From an uncultured bacterium (GTDB lineage: Bacteria > Krumholzibacteriota > Krumholzibacteriia > Krumholzibacteriales > Krumholzibacteriaceae), in assembly GCA_963813815.1 (NCBI GenBank), contig CAWFAD010000006.1, forward strand, positions 37,719 to 101,718: a stretch of DNA of 64,000 nt, in the 5' to 3' direction. The position numbers and the translations under genes were made by a program. The notes beneath the pieces were generated by a model. The model did no database searches and was not told the origin of the DNA. It saw only the letters and a program-made list of their open reading frames with translations. Shown here piece by piece: positions 53,473 to 63,900 of the stretch. Within the stretch, counting starts at the first letter, position 1. Each line of letters begins with the position of its first letter.

Positions 53473-53633
53473 GCGGCCGCCGGCCGGCCGGGCCGGCGAT
53501 CGGATGAACGGTTTGTCGCGCGGGAAGGCTCCGCGGGGCCTTCCCGCGCTTATTTCATAAACATTTTTAGATAATAATGAACGCGCCCGCGCAAGTCTTT
53601 TCAGCGGCGCCAGCATCGCTGTATATTATTGTA

Positions 53634-53663
53634 TTGACATAAGTAGCAGTGATGTGAGAGAAT
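53634..53663 (+). promoter_or_regulatory. Candidate sigma70 promoter of the peptide/radical SAM locus
   Basis: TTGACA (53634-53639), 18 nt spacer, GAGAAT preceded by TG, in an AT-rich intergenic region. Confidence 0.45.
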
Positions 53664-53696
53664 TCGGCCTCGGCTCGAGAGGGGGTGAAAATATAT

Positions 53697-53816
53697 ATGG
53701 AATTCATACCTGAGCTGATGGTGACGGAGAGCCTGAAGGACGACATTTTGAGCTCATCCGACAGGTACCCGGTTCACTACAAAACGAAGATGTGCTACTT
53801 CTGCTATGATCGATGA
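53697..53816 (+). CDS. Putative RiPP precursor 1, 39 aa: MEFIPELMVTESLKDDILSSSDRYPVHYKTKMCYFCYDR
   Basis: GAGGGGGTG RBS; shares its N-terminal leader with the neighbouring ORF; upstream of an RRE-rSAM gene. Confidence 0.8.
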   Translation: MEFIPELMVTESLKDDILSSSDRYPVHYKTKMCYFCYDR

Positions 53817-53841
53817 TGAGGCAAAATAGGAGGATAGCGCC

Positions 53842-53961
53842 ATGGAGTTCATTCCCGAAATCATGGTCATTAAAGGGGCGCCGGGCAAATCCGCACCCAA
53901 GAAAATGGTGTACAACTATTTTGTAAGCGTCTGTGGGAGCTCCTGCGCAATAGATCCTTAA
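53842..53961 (+). CDS. Putative RiPP precursor 2, 39 aa: MEFIPEIMVIKGAPGKSAPKKMVYNYFVSVCGSSCAIDP
   Basis: AGGAGG RBS at 53828-53833; same MEFIPE(I/L)MV leader encoded with different codons. Confidence 0.82.
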   Translation: MEFIPEIMVIKGAPGKSAPKKMVYNYFVSVCGSSCAIDP

Positions 53962-53972
53962 TAATTTGAGAC

Positions 53973-54010
53973 GGGCTACTAGCCTGCACTCCGTTGCGGA
54001 CTAGTAGCCC
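53973..54010 (+). terminator. Stem-loop between precursors and maturase (partial terminator or mRNA stabiliser)
   Basis: GGGCTACTAG-C-CTGCA-CTCCGT-TGCGG-A-CTAGTAGCCC followed by AGTTTCCTT. Confidence 0.7.
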
Positions 54011-54086
54011 AGTTTCCTTCGTAGAGCATTTGCGCGCCGCCGCACGCTATGTAGAAGCGATAGAGTGCGCTCAACAACGAACGAAT

Positions 54087-55493
54087 ATGGAACATCTGTA
54101 TCCTCTATTAAGCCCCAGAATCATCTTCAGGCAGATCAAGAAGGACGAGAAGTACGATCCAAATTGGCCGCTATCGACGGCAAGGAGATCGATCTCAACG
54201 AGGCCTCCGAGAGGGTGGTGAGGAATGCGACGGCGGTAGCTCAGTGCGGGAGATTGCGCTCAAGCTGGCCGCGGTTTTCGACAAGACGGCGCCGGAGACG
54301 ATGCTGTCGCGTCTCGAATCGCTTCTATGCACGCTGCGAGATCAGGGGGTCATCGAGCTTTTGAATGAGCCGGTCGAGGGCAAACGCCGCCGGATCATCC
54401 CGAAGCAACCCCACGGAACACAGCCCCTCATGAGCATGTTCATGGAAGTGACGAACGCATGCAATTTGAAGTGCATCCATTGCTATTTGGGCGATATCGA
54501 TGCGAGGCGCGATCTGCCGCTCGAGCGACGTCAAGAGGGTGCTGGATCAGTATTCCGATGTCGGAGGCGAGCACCTCGCCATATCCGGAGGAGAGCCGTT
54601 CGTCAGGAAAGATATATTGGAGATAGTCGAATATGCGTCTTCACAGCCGCTCTTCGTCACCATTCTCTCGAATGGAACCCTGATAACCGACGAAACGGCG
54701 AAGAAGCTGAGTCAATACAATATAAAAGAAGTGCAGATCAGCCTCGACGGGGCGAAGACCGAAACGCACGACGCCCTTCGCGGCATGAAGGGAGCACAGA
54801 AAGCCGGCTGTCAGCGCGATCGAGGCGTTGCGGCGCGAAGGGATAAGCGTCGATGTCGCCACGGTCGTCAATCGTCTTGAATATGAGCGAGCTGCTGGAT
54901 CTAGTCGATTTCTGCAAGAAATGGGACATTGTGCCCGGGCTCTCTCACCAGCACGCGAAGGGACGGGCGGTCGAGGAGGGCATGGCGTATCAGCTCGACG
55001 TATCATCGAGCACTATCGGGAGCTGATAAAGGTTCACCGGTACATCGAGGAGACACACGCCGCCATAGCCTCTCCACTTTTAAGGTGCCGGCGAAGCCGA
55101 ATCTCGAATGTCGCACAGGTGTTCGGCGGGTCTCACTTCCTGCGCCTGCGTTCGAGCGGGGACGTCTACGCCTGCTTGGATTTGAATGCGCCCGGCGCCA
55201 AGCTCGGGAACATACATGAGCAGAGCCTCGGCGAAATATGGAATTCGGACCACCCGTTTTTAAACATGCTCCGAACCTCTTCCTTGAAGGATTTGACCTT
55301 CTGCCGGGACTGCAAGCATTTCGTATACTGCAAGGGAGGGTGTCCGGCGACGGCCTACGAGGTCTGGGGAGACTACAACATGCCCGATCCGAAAAACTGC
55401 GCTTATTTCACTCTGGCCCTGGAGCACCTGACGTTCGAGCCGGGCGAAGAGACCGAAGACGCGGACCGAACCATCATCCGGTGCGACAAGTAG
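54087..55493 (+). CDS. Radical SAM/SPASM peptide maturase with N-terminal PqqD/RRE domain (multiple frameshifts in the assembly)
   Basis: Pieces across frames: LNEASERVV..CDG..SVREIA..L....L..L.DQGVI (RRE), TNACNLKCIHCY, ISGGEP, SNGTL, QISLDG..ETHDALRG, GDVYAC..LGNI, CRDCKHFVYCKGGCPA...DPKNC (SPASM). Confidence 0.88.
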
Positions 55494-55558
55494 CCCGCGG
55501 CGGGCAATCGTGATACTATGAAGCTGGAGGACGTGTCGCCGCGGGCGATGATTTATCG

Positions 55559-57271
55559 ATGGCAGCCACCGTACGGTTTCTGAAATTCCTCAGGCCCTAT
55601 TGGAAAAAGGGGGCCTGGGCCTTTTTATTCATGCTCCTTTCGGTCGGGCTGCAGCTGCCGATGCCGTTTCTGACCAAATACCTCGTCGATGAAGTCATCG
55701 CGATAAAATCCTTTAAGCTCCTCAATCTCATAGGGCTCGCACTCGTCGGATTCTTGATCGTTCATGCCGCCTCGAATTTTCTCCAGAGCTACCTCCTTGC
55801 CACCTTCCGGGGCCGCGTGCTGTTCGACATACGCATGAAGCTCTTCGAGCGGGTTCAACGGGCGTCGCTCTCGTTCTTTCAGAGCAAGCAGACCGGCTAC
55901 CTCATGTCCCGCCTGTCGGACGACGTCAACGCGGTGCAGGGACTGTTGGCCGAGACCCTCGTGACGGCGGGTCAGAACGTCCTCACGTTCGTCGCCGGCA
56001 TCGTCTGCACGATATACATCCATCCGAAGCTCGCCCTCATCTGCTTTGGCGTCTTGCCCCTCTATGCGATATCGATCGCCGTTTTCAACAAGAGGATCAG
56101 GTCGCTGAGCACGGAGACGCGCGAAAGTTTCGCGCTCGTTCAGAAGGATCTGCAGGAGCTCCTCTCGGGCATCTCGTTGATCAAGGCCTTCACCGCCGAG
56201 GGGCGGGCGACCATGCGGCTTTTGTCCGGTCTCAAGAAGGCCATCCGCGCCGAAGTGAGGCTCGATATCACCGCCACGCTCGCTTCCATCAGCTCGGGGA
56301 TGATTTCGGCCATCGGGCCGGTGGCGCTTATCTGGTACGGCTGCGGCGAGATCATGAGGGGAAATCTGACGGTCGGCGGATTGCTCGCCTTCAGCGCTTT
56401 CATCGGATATCTCTTCGGTCCGATCGGCATTCTCTACAGCCTGAACGTGCAGGTGCAGCGCTCGCTCGCCGCGGTGGAGACGGGTTTTCGAAATTCTGGA
56501 CGTCGAGCCGGAGAAGGACGCCGAGACCGACTTCGAAATCCGGCAGGGAAGCCGTGACGTACGAAAGAGTGTCGTTCGCGTACGGCGAAGACGAGCCGGT
56601 GCTGGATGACATTTCCTTCGAGATTCCGCCGGGACGCACCGCCGCCCTCGTCGGCCGCTCCGGCGCGGGCAAGACCACGCTCGCGTCCTTGCTCTTCAAT
56701 TTCTACCGGCCGTCGCCGGGCCGCATTCTCGTAGACGGCCGGGACATCGGCGAGATGGCGCTCAAGTCGCTGCGAAGCCAAGTGGGGCTCGTGGCGCAGG
56801 ATTCGTTTCTCTTCTCCGACACCGTGCGGGAGAACATCCGTTTCGGCCGGCCGGGCGCGTCGGACGAGGAGATCGAGCGCGCGGCGAAGATGGCGCACGC
56901 CCACGAGTTCATCATGGAAATGCCGGACGGGTATCTCTCGCGGATAGGCGAGCGGGGCTCCACCCTCTCCGGCGGGCAGCGTCAGCAGGATATCGATCGC
57001 CCGGGCGATCCTAAAGGATCCCAAGATACTCATACTGGACGAGGCGACCTCTCAGGTGGACAACGAGTCGGAGCGGCTGATTCAGGAAGCGCTCGAGAAA
57101 TTCATGCAGGGGAGAACGACCATCATCATCGCGCATCGCCTCTCCACCGTCCAAAAGGCCGACGTCATACTGGTGCTGCACGAGGGCCGCGTCGTCGATC
57201 GGGGACGGCATCTCGAGCTTCTCGAGAGGGAAGGCATATATCGGGAGCTCTACCGCGGGCTGCAGGGATGA
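55559..57271 (+). CDS. ABC exporter, fused TMD-NBD (frameshifts near 56485 and 56990)
   Basis: TM domain with [43 protein letters not shown]; no N-terminal C39 peptidase domain. Confidence 0.9.
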
Positions 57272-57290
57272 CGGCCTGCGCGGTCGGAAC

Positions 57291-57941
57291 CTAGCGCTTT
57301 ATCTCCGCCTGCAGGTCCCGAATGCTCCCGATGAGGCCGCCCGTCGAGTAGAAATTCCCGCTACCGGGATAGAATAGAAATGCCCCGAGCTTCGCGGGAT
57401 CGGGCGCGTCTTTCTCGCCGAGGACGCTTTCGTCCGCCTTGATGTCGACGATCTCCCCGATGAACATCGTGTGCGTGCCGATTTCGACCGTCTTGACGAG
57501 CCGGCACTCGACGACGAGGGGGAACTCGGCGAGGTAGGGCGCGTTGACGAGATCGCTTCTTGCCGGCGTGAGCCCCGTCGCAGCGAGCTTGTCGATCTCC
57601 CTCCCTGAGACGCTCCCGAAGAAGGCTGTCTCCCGCGCATAGGTCTCTGACGGGATATTCACCGTGAAAGCTTTCGAGGCGATGATGTTCCCGTAGGAAT
57701 GGCGGGATTTCGTGAGGGATACCGTGACCGAGGGGGGATCGGAGCAGCAGATGCCGACCCAGGAGGCCGTCATCATATTGGGCGTTCCCACGGAGTCGTA
57801 CGAGCCGATGACCCAAACGGGGCAGGGCGGCACGAGCGTTCTTGCGCCGAGCGACTTCTTGCATTCGCCGTCCATCGCGGCGGCGAAAAGCGTGGACGCC
57901 GCGAGGGCGCATACGAAAGCGATTCTCGAAGATCTCCGCAT
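57291..57941 (-). CDS. Flavin reductase-like (flavoredoxin) family protein with signal-like N-terminus
   Basis: PNMMTASWVG, FTVNIPS, GSVSGREIDK, VECRL..GTHTMFIGEI. Confidence 0.88.
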   Translation of the reverse strand: MRRSSRIAFVCALAASTLFAAAMDGECKKSLGARTLVPPCPVWVIGSYDSVGTPNMMTASWVGICCSDPPSVTVSLTKSRHSYGNIIASKAFTVNIPSETYARETAFFGSVSGREIDKLAATGLTPARSDLVNAPYLAEFPLVVECRLVKTVEIGTHTMFIGEIVDIKADESVLGEKDAPDPAKLGAFLFYPGSGNFYSTGGLIGSIRDLQAEIKR

Positions 57942-57969
57942 GGTCACCTTCCTTGTTGGTGGTTTCGAG

Positions 57970-58759
57970 CTATTTCCCGGGCTCCACGTAGAGCCAGTGG
58001 TCGGCGAATGACGCCTTCATGCGAAAGCTCTTCTTGATGAAGAGAAATCCGCCCGCTCCCTCGAACCGCATCTCCTTGAGGATCCACGAGCCGTCCGGCC
58101 GCGTCTCGTAAAGAAAGGTCGAGCTCATGCGCTTCGCGCCGCGGGGGAGCGGATCGCGCGTCGATTCGACCTTGAGCGGGGCGCCCGTTTCCTCGTCGAG
58201 CCAGGCCGTGCCCTTCACCGTGTACGGCTTCGCCTTCGGATTCTCCTTGTCGTCGGCCGCGTACGAAAAGCCGAAGGCGAGGCAGCTTCGATCGCCGATG
58301 GTCTCGCGCCCGCCCGTTTCGGTGACGACGATGCCGGTCTGAACGTCGGGATTGAAGGGGCTGTCGCTCGACGAGACCGACTGAGAGCTCTCGTCGTCCT
58401 CGCCGCTCTTTTTCTTCTTTTCCTTCGCGCGCTGCTTGTCGAACTCCTTGCGGTGCTCGGCGGTCACGTCTTTTCCGTCCTCGACGACCGACACGATCTC
58501 GGTTCTCACGCCCTTCTCGGCCGCCGGGTCGGAGGCGAAGCGGAGCTCGGAGACGGTGCGCGATTTGACCGCGCCGTCGCCGTCGAGCTCTTCCATCGTC
58601 TGCGTCATCGAGCCGGGGACGAGGTTCTTCGTTCGCCTCGTAGATCGCGACGGCCTTCGTCCAGAGCGCGGGAACGGGGGACGCCGCGCGGGCCGTGAGG
58701 ACGACCGACGCGAACGCGGCGAGCGCCGCGACGGCGGCGAAGGAAATGCGCTTTTTCAC
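57970..58759 (-). CDS. Hypothetical secreted protein (frameshift near 58630)
   Basis: Signal peptide from GTG 58759; body with SPF, GTAWLDEETG.PL in another frame. Confidence 0.6.
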
Positions 58760-58829
58760 GGGTATGGCTCCTTCGGTTCGCGTTGAGACCGCAGTGTACC
58801 ACGGGAGCGGCGGGCTGTCATTTTTCATC

Positions 58830-58857
58830 TTGACTTTCGGTTTTTGTTCGGTATAGT
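58830..58857 (+). promoter_or_regulatory. lexA promoter with embedded direct repeat (candidate SOS box)
   Basis: TTGACT, 16 nt spacer, TATAGT; spacer contains TTCGG-N6-TTCGG (tTTC-N7-GTTC). Confidence 0.6.
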
Positions 58858-58922
58858 GATGAATGACGCCGCTCGATGGCGGCGCGGCGGCCGGGGGGCA
58901 GCTCGGCGCGACGGAGGGAACG

Positions 58923-59529
58923 ATGAGCTATCTCACGAAACGACAACGGGAAATACTCGAGTTCGTGCGGTCTTTTCAGGCGGCGAAGGGGTACGCCCCC
59001 TCCCTCGAGGAGATCGCGGCGCATTTCAAGCTCTCGGCCGTGAGCACGGTGCACGAGCACCTCGCGAACATGAGCCGGAAGGGCGTGCTGCGCCGCGGCT
59101 GGAACAGGGCGCGCTCGATCGAGCCGCTCGCCTCGCGCGACGCGCGCGAGGTGCCGCTCGCCGGCGCGGTCGCGGCGGGCTCGCCGATCGAGGCGATCGA
59201 GACGCCCGGGAGCGTGGCGATTCCGCCCGACCTCGCGGGCCGCGGCGAGAGCTTCGCGCTCCGCGTCAAGGGAGAGTCGATGACGGGGGACGGCATTCTC
59301 GACGGAGATCTCATCGTCGTCGAGAAGCGGCGGCGCGTCGAGAACGGCTCGCTCGCGGTCGTGCTCCTTCGGGGCGGCGAGGCGACGGTGAAGCGGTTTT
59401 ACCAGGACGGGGAACACGGTGAGGCTCCGGCCTTCGAACCCCGCGATGGAGGAGATCGTCGTTCCAGCGGCCGAGGTCGAGGTGCTCGGCGTCGTCACGG
59501 GTCTCGTGCGGCGGTACCGGCGGGTCTGA
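58923..59529 (+). CDS. lexA: LexA repressor (one-base frameshift near 59415)
   Basis: LTKRQREIL, PSLEEIA, VAAG (cleavage site), GESM (Ser), ATVKRF (Lys); C-terminus PSNPAM...LGVVTGLVR in the next frame. Confidence 0.93.
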
Positions 59530-59583
59530 CGGACGCTCGCGGGGAGGGGTGACGGGCGCGGCGCGGCGCGGCGCCGCCGCGGT

Positions 59584-59799
59584 ATGGCTATCACGTATCG
59601 GAAGGTCGACGTGCTTCTCTCGGGCGGCGGCGGCGAGGTGAGGGAAGGGGATTGTCTTCTTCTCGAGCTCGGCCGGCGGCCCGGCCCCGGCGAGCTCGCG
59701 CTCGTGAAGCGCGGCGGCGCCGAGTTTCTGCGCCGGGGGGACGGGTGCGACGGGGCGGAGGTGGTGGGGGTGGTGATCGGCATCAAGCGAAAGCTCTGA
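59584..59799 (+). CDS. Small protein resembling a truncated LexA/S24 C-terminal domain
   Basis: VREGDCLLL...GELALV..G...LRR...EVVGVVIGIKRK parallels the LexA C-terminal strands. Confidence 0.55.
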   Translation: MAITYRKVDVLLSGGGGEVREGDCLLLELGRRPGPGELALVKRGGAEFLRRGDGCDGAEVVGVVIGIKRKL

Positions 59800-59824
59800 T
59801 CCTGCGGCGCGCGGGGGGAGCGCG

Positions 59825-60994
59825 GTGGAACGGGAGATTCTCCACGTCAACACGGACGATTTCTACGCGTCGGTGCTGCGGCTCCGCGACGCCACGCTTC
59901 GCGGGAAGGCGGTGGTCGTGGCGGGCGCCTCGTCGCGAGGCGTCGTCTTTTCGGCCTCCTACGAGGCGCGCCGCGACGGCGTCTCGCGCGGCATGACCGC
60001 GACCGCGGCGCGGCGCCTCGCGGGCCGGGCCGTTTTCGTGCCGCCCGACTGGGGGCTCTTTCGGCGGGCGTCGGCGGCCGTCTTCGCGGTGCTCGGGCGC
60101 TACAGCCCCGCCGTCGAGACTTCCTCGCTCGACGAGGGGTATATCGACTACACCGGATGCGATCGCCTCTTCGGACCGGCTCCCGACGCCGGGAGGCGCA
60201 TCAAGGGCGAGATCATTCGCGAGACGGGGCTCGAGGTCTCGCTCGGGATCGCCTCGAACAAGCTCGTGAGCCACGTCGCCTCGCGCTCCGCCAAATGCGC
60301 GAACCTCGTCGACGTCTATCGCGGGTACGAGAGATCGTTTCTCGCGCCGGTTCCGATCGAGCGGTTTCCGCTCGTCGGCGAGAGGCGGGCGCCGGCGCTC
60401 CGCGAGCTCGGGATCGGCTCGGTCGGCGACGTTCTCGCTCTTCGCGCGGGAGATCCTCGCCGCGTGCTTCGGCCCGTGGGGGGAGCGCCTCCACCGCGGC
60501 GCGCTCGGGGAGGATCCCGCGCCCGTGCGGACGCATCCCGCGCCCGACGAGCGATTCGCGGTCGAGGAGACGCTCGAGCCCGATAGGGTCGACACGCGCC
60601 TTCTCGAGGGCGCGCTCTACCGGCTCGCCGAGCGCCTCGGCGAGCGGCTGCGCGCCGAGCGCTCGCTCGCGGGCGCGGTCGAGCTCGAGGTGCGGTACGC
60701 GGACGGTCTCGCGGCGCGGGGGGCCGGGCGGCCGGGGAGCCCGCGGCTGACGACCGCGCGATCTTCGAGGCGGCGCGCGCGGTTTTCGCGCGCGTCTACG
60801 CGCGGCGCGTGCGGGTGCGCACACTCTCGCTCGCGGGGCGTCGGATCGAGCCCATGCCGCTCCAGCGCGATCTTTTCGCCGGGGAGCGCGAGGCGGCGGC
60901 GGAGCGCGCCGGGCGGCTCTACGGCGCGCTCGACCGGCTGCGGGCCGTCCACCCGGGACGCGCGGCGCCGGCATTCGGGAGGTCGCTCGCATGA
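59825..60994 (+). CDS. Y-family DNA polymerase (DinB/ImuB-like; frameshifts near 60440 and 60740)
   Basis: ILHVNTDDFYAS, ASYEARRDGV..GM, SLDEGYID, SLGIASNKLV; clamp-like QRDLF near the C-terminus. Confidence 0.88.
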
Positions 60995-63900
60995 GCTTCG
61001 CGCATCTTCGCGTCCACTCGTGCTTCTCGATGCTCGCCGGGACGAGGCGGGTCGAGGATCTCGTCCGCGCCGCCGCGGCGGCCGGGATGCCGGCTATCGC
61101 CCTCGCCGACACGGACGGGATGCACGCCGTCGTGCCGTTCCAGCGCGCGTGCGCCGAGGCGGGCGTGGAGCCCCTTTACGGCGTCGAGATCACGGAGCGC
61201 GGCGGCGGCCGTCGAAGGCGCGGCGCGCGCCACGTTTCTCGCGCGAACGCGCGAGGGGTACACCGAGCTCTGCCGCCTCACGACGCGCCGGCGCCTCGAC
61301 GAAAATTTCTCCCTCGCCGCCGCGCTCGACGCCGTCTCGGAGAACGTCGTCGTCCTCGCCGAGGACACCCGCGTGCTCGGGCGCCTCGCGGGACGGCGGC
61401 GCGCGTTCGCCGCGCTCCCCGTTTCGATCGGACGCGAGGCGGCGGAGCGCCGCTGGCGCCTTCGGCGGCTCGCTTCGCACCTCGGGCTGCGAACGGTCGC
61501 GGCGGGGGACGTTTTCTTCATGGAGCCGCGGGAGCATTTCACGCACCGCGTTCTCACGGCGATACGCACGCGCACGACGGTCGGCACGCTCCCCGAGGGA
61601 GCGGCGGCGCCGGTGTCGGCGTTTTTCCACTCTCCCGAGGACGTGCGCCGCGCCTTCCACGACGACCCCGCCTCAGTCGAGGCGGCGCTCGAGATCGCGG
61701 AGGAGTGCCGGTTCGATCTCGATCTCTCGACGCGAAAGCTCCCGCGTTTCAGGACGCCCCGCGGGGAGGAGGCCTCCGCGTCGCTCCGGAGGATCGCGCT
61801 CCAAGGCCTTCGCGACCGTCTCGGGAGCGTTCCGCCCGGCGAGTGGCGGGAGGCGCTCGAAACGCTCGAGCGCGAGCTCGCCGTGATAGAGGCGAAGGGG
61901 CTCGCCGACTATTTTCTCATCTGCTGGGACGTCGTGCGGTTCGCGCGCGGGCGCGGGATGCCCTCCCTCGGGCGGGGGTCGGCCGGGAACAGCATCGTCT
62001 CGTACGCGCTCGGGGTGACGCACGTGAATCCGCTCCGCCACAACCTCTTCTTCGAGCGCTTTCTCAACCCCGAGCGCGAGCACCTGCCGGACTTCGACAT
62101 CGACTTCGGGACGGACGACCGCGAGGAGGTGCTCCGCTACATCTTCCGCCGCTACGGCAAGGAGCGCGTCGCGATGATCGGCACCTACTCGACGCTCAAG
62201 GCGCGCGCGGCGCTCCGCGAGACGGCCAAGGCGCTCGGCATCCCGGAGGGGGAGGTCGCGCCCTTCGTCGAGCGGCTGCCGTATTTCACCTCCGTCGATC
62301 GGCTCGAGGAGATCTGCGCCATATCGCCCGCATCGATCGGCATCCCCTTCGACCGCGAGCCGCTCCGCACGCTCATGCGCCTCGCCCTCGCGATCGGGGA
62401 GTTTCCCCGGCACATGGCGACGCACCCGTGCGGGCTCGTCATCTGCCCCTCGCCGATCACGGATTTCATGCCGCTCCAGCGCGGCGAGAAAGGGTACGAG
62501 ATCACGCAGTGGTCGATGCACGAGGTCGAGGCGGCGGGGCTCCTCAAGATCGACGTCATCGGCCAGAAGGGGCTCGCCGTCATCAAAGAGGCCGCGCGGA
62601 TGGCGGAGGAGAACGAAGGGCGCCCGCTCCACCCGGAGCGGATCGATTACACGAACGATCCCCAGGCGAGGCGGCTCATCCGCGAGGGGCGCACCGAGGG
62701 GTGCTTCTACATCGAGTCGCCGGGGATGATCCAGCTCATCCGGCAGGCGCGCTGCGAGGATTTCGAGGTGCTGACGGCGCTCTCCTCCATCATACGGCCG
62801 GGCGTGTCGAGCTACGGGGGCAAGCGGCAGTACCTCCACCGCCATCTCGGCCTCGAGCCCGTGACGCTCCTCCATCCCTCGCTCGAGCCCGCGCTCCGCG
62901 ACACCTACGGCTGCCTCATCTATCAGGAGCAGGTGATACGCGCCGCGGTCGAGGTCGCCGGGATGAGCCTCGGCGAGGCGGACGGGCTGCGGCGATGCAT
63001 GGCGTTCAAGAACATCGACGACGAGACGATGAGCGATTACCGCGGCTCCTTCATGCGCGGGGCGATCGAGCGCGGCGTTCCGGAGGAGACGGCGGCCGAG
63101 ATCTTCCGGCAGATCGCCTCCTTCGCCGGGTACGCCTTCTGCAAGGCGCACTCGGCCTCCTTCGCCCTCGAGTCGTTCGAGAGCGCCTACTGGAAGGCGC
63201 ACTACCCGGCCGAGTTCATGGCGGCGATCCTCTCGAACGGCGGCGGGCTACTACTCGCAGGAGGAGTATCTCGAGGAGGCGCGGCGAATGGGAATCGCGA
63301 TCCTCCCGCCGTGCGTGAACGAGAGCGCGATCCGCCACCGCGGGCGCGGCCGCGAGCTCCGGCTCGGCCTCATGCAGGTGAAGGGGCTCTCGTCCGGCAC
63401 GGCGGAGCGCATCGTGCGGGATCGGCCGTACCGCTCGCTCGGGGAGCTCGTCGAGCGCGTGCGCCCCTCGCGCGACGAGGTCGAGGCGCTCGTCGCGTGC
63501 GGGGCCTTCCGGTGTCTCGGCCGCACGAGGCCGCAGCTCCTCTGGGAGCTTCGGCTCCTCGAGAGCGGAAAGCCCGCGGCGCGCGATCTCATCCCGTCGC
63601 TCCCCCGGATCGACGACTACGACCTGCCGCGAAGCGTCGAGCGCGAGCTCGAGACGCTCGATCTCGCCGTGAGCGCCCATCCGCTCGCGATGTTCGCGGG
63701 ACGCCTCGAGGCGCTCGCGCGGGAGCGGCCGATCGTCCGCTCGTGCGATCTCGCGAGCCGCGTCGGGAGCGAGGTCGAGCTCGTCGGCTGGAAGGTGGCG
63801 TGGAAGTCGGCGCGGACATCGAGCAGCGCCGAGGAGATGATCTTCGTCACCTTCTCGGACGAGTGGGGACGCTTCGAGGCGACGTTTTTCCCCGCGGCCT

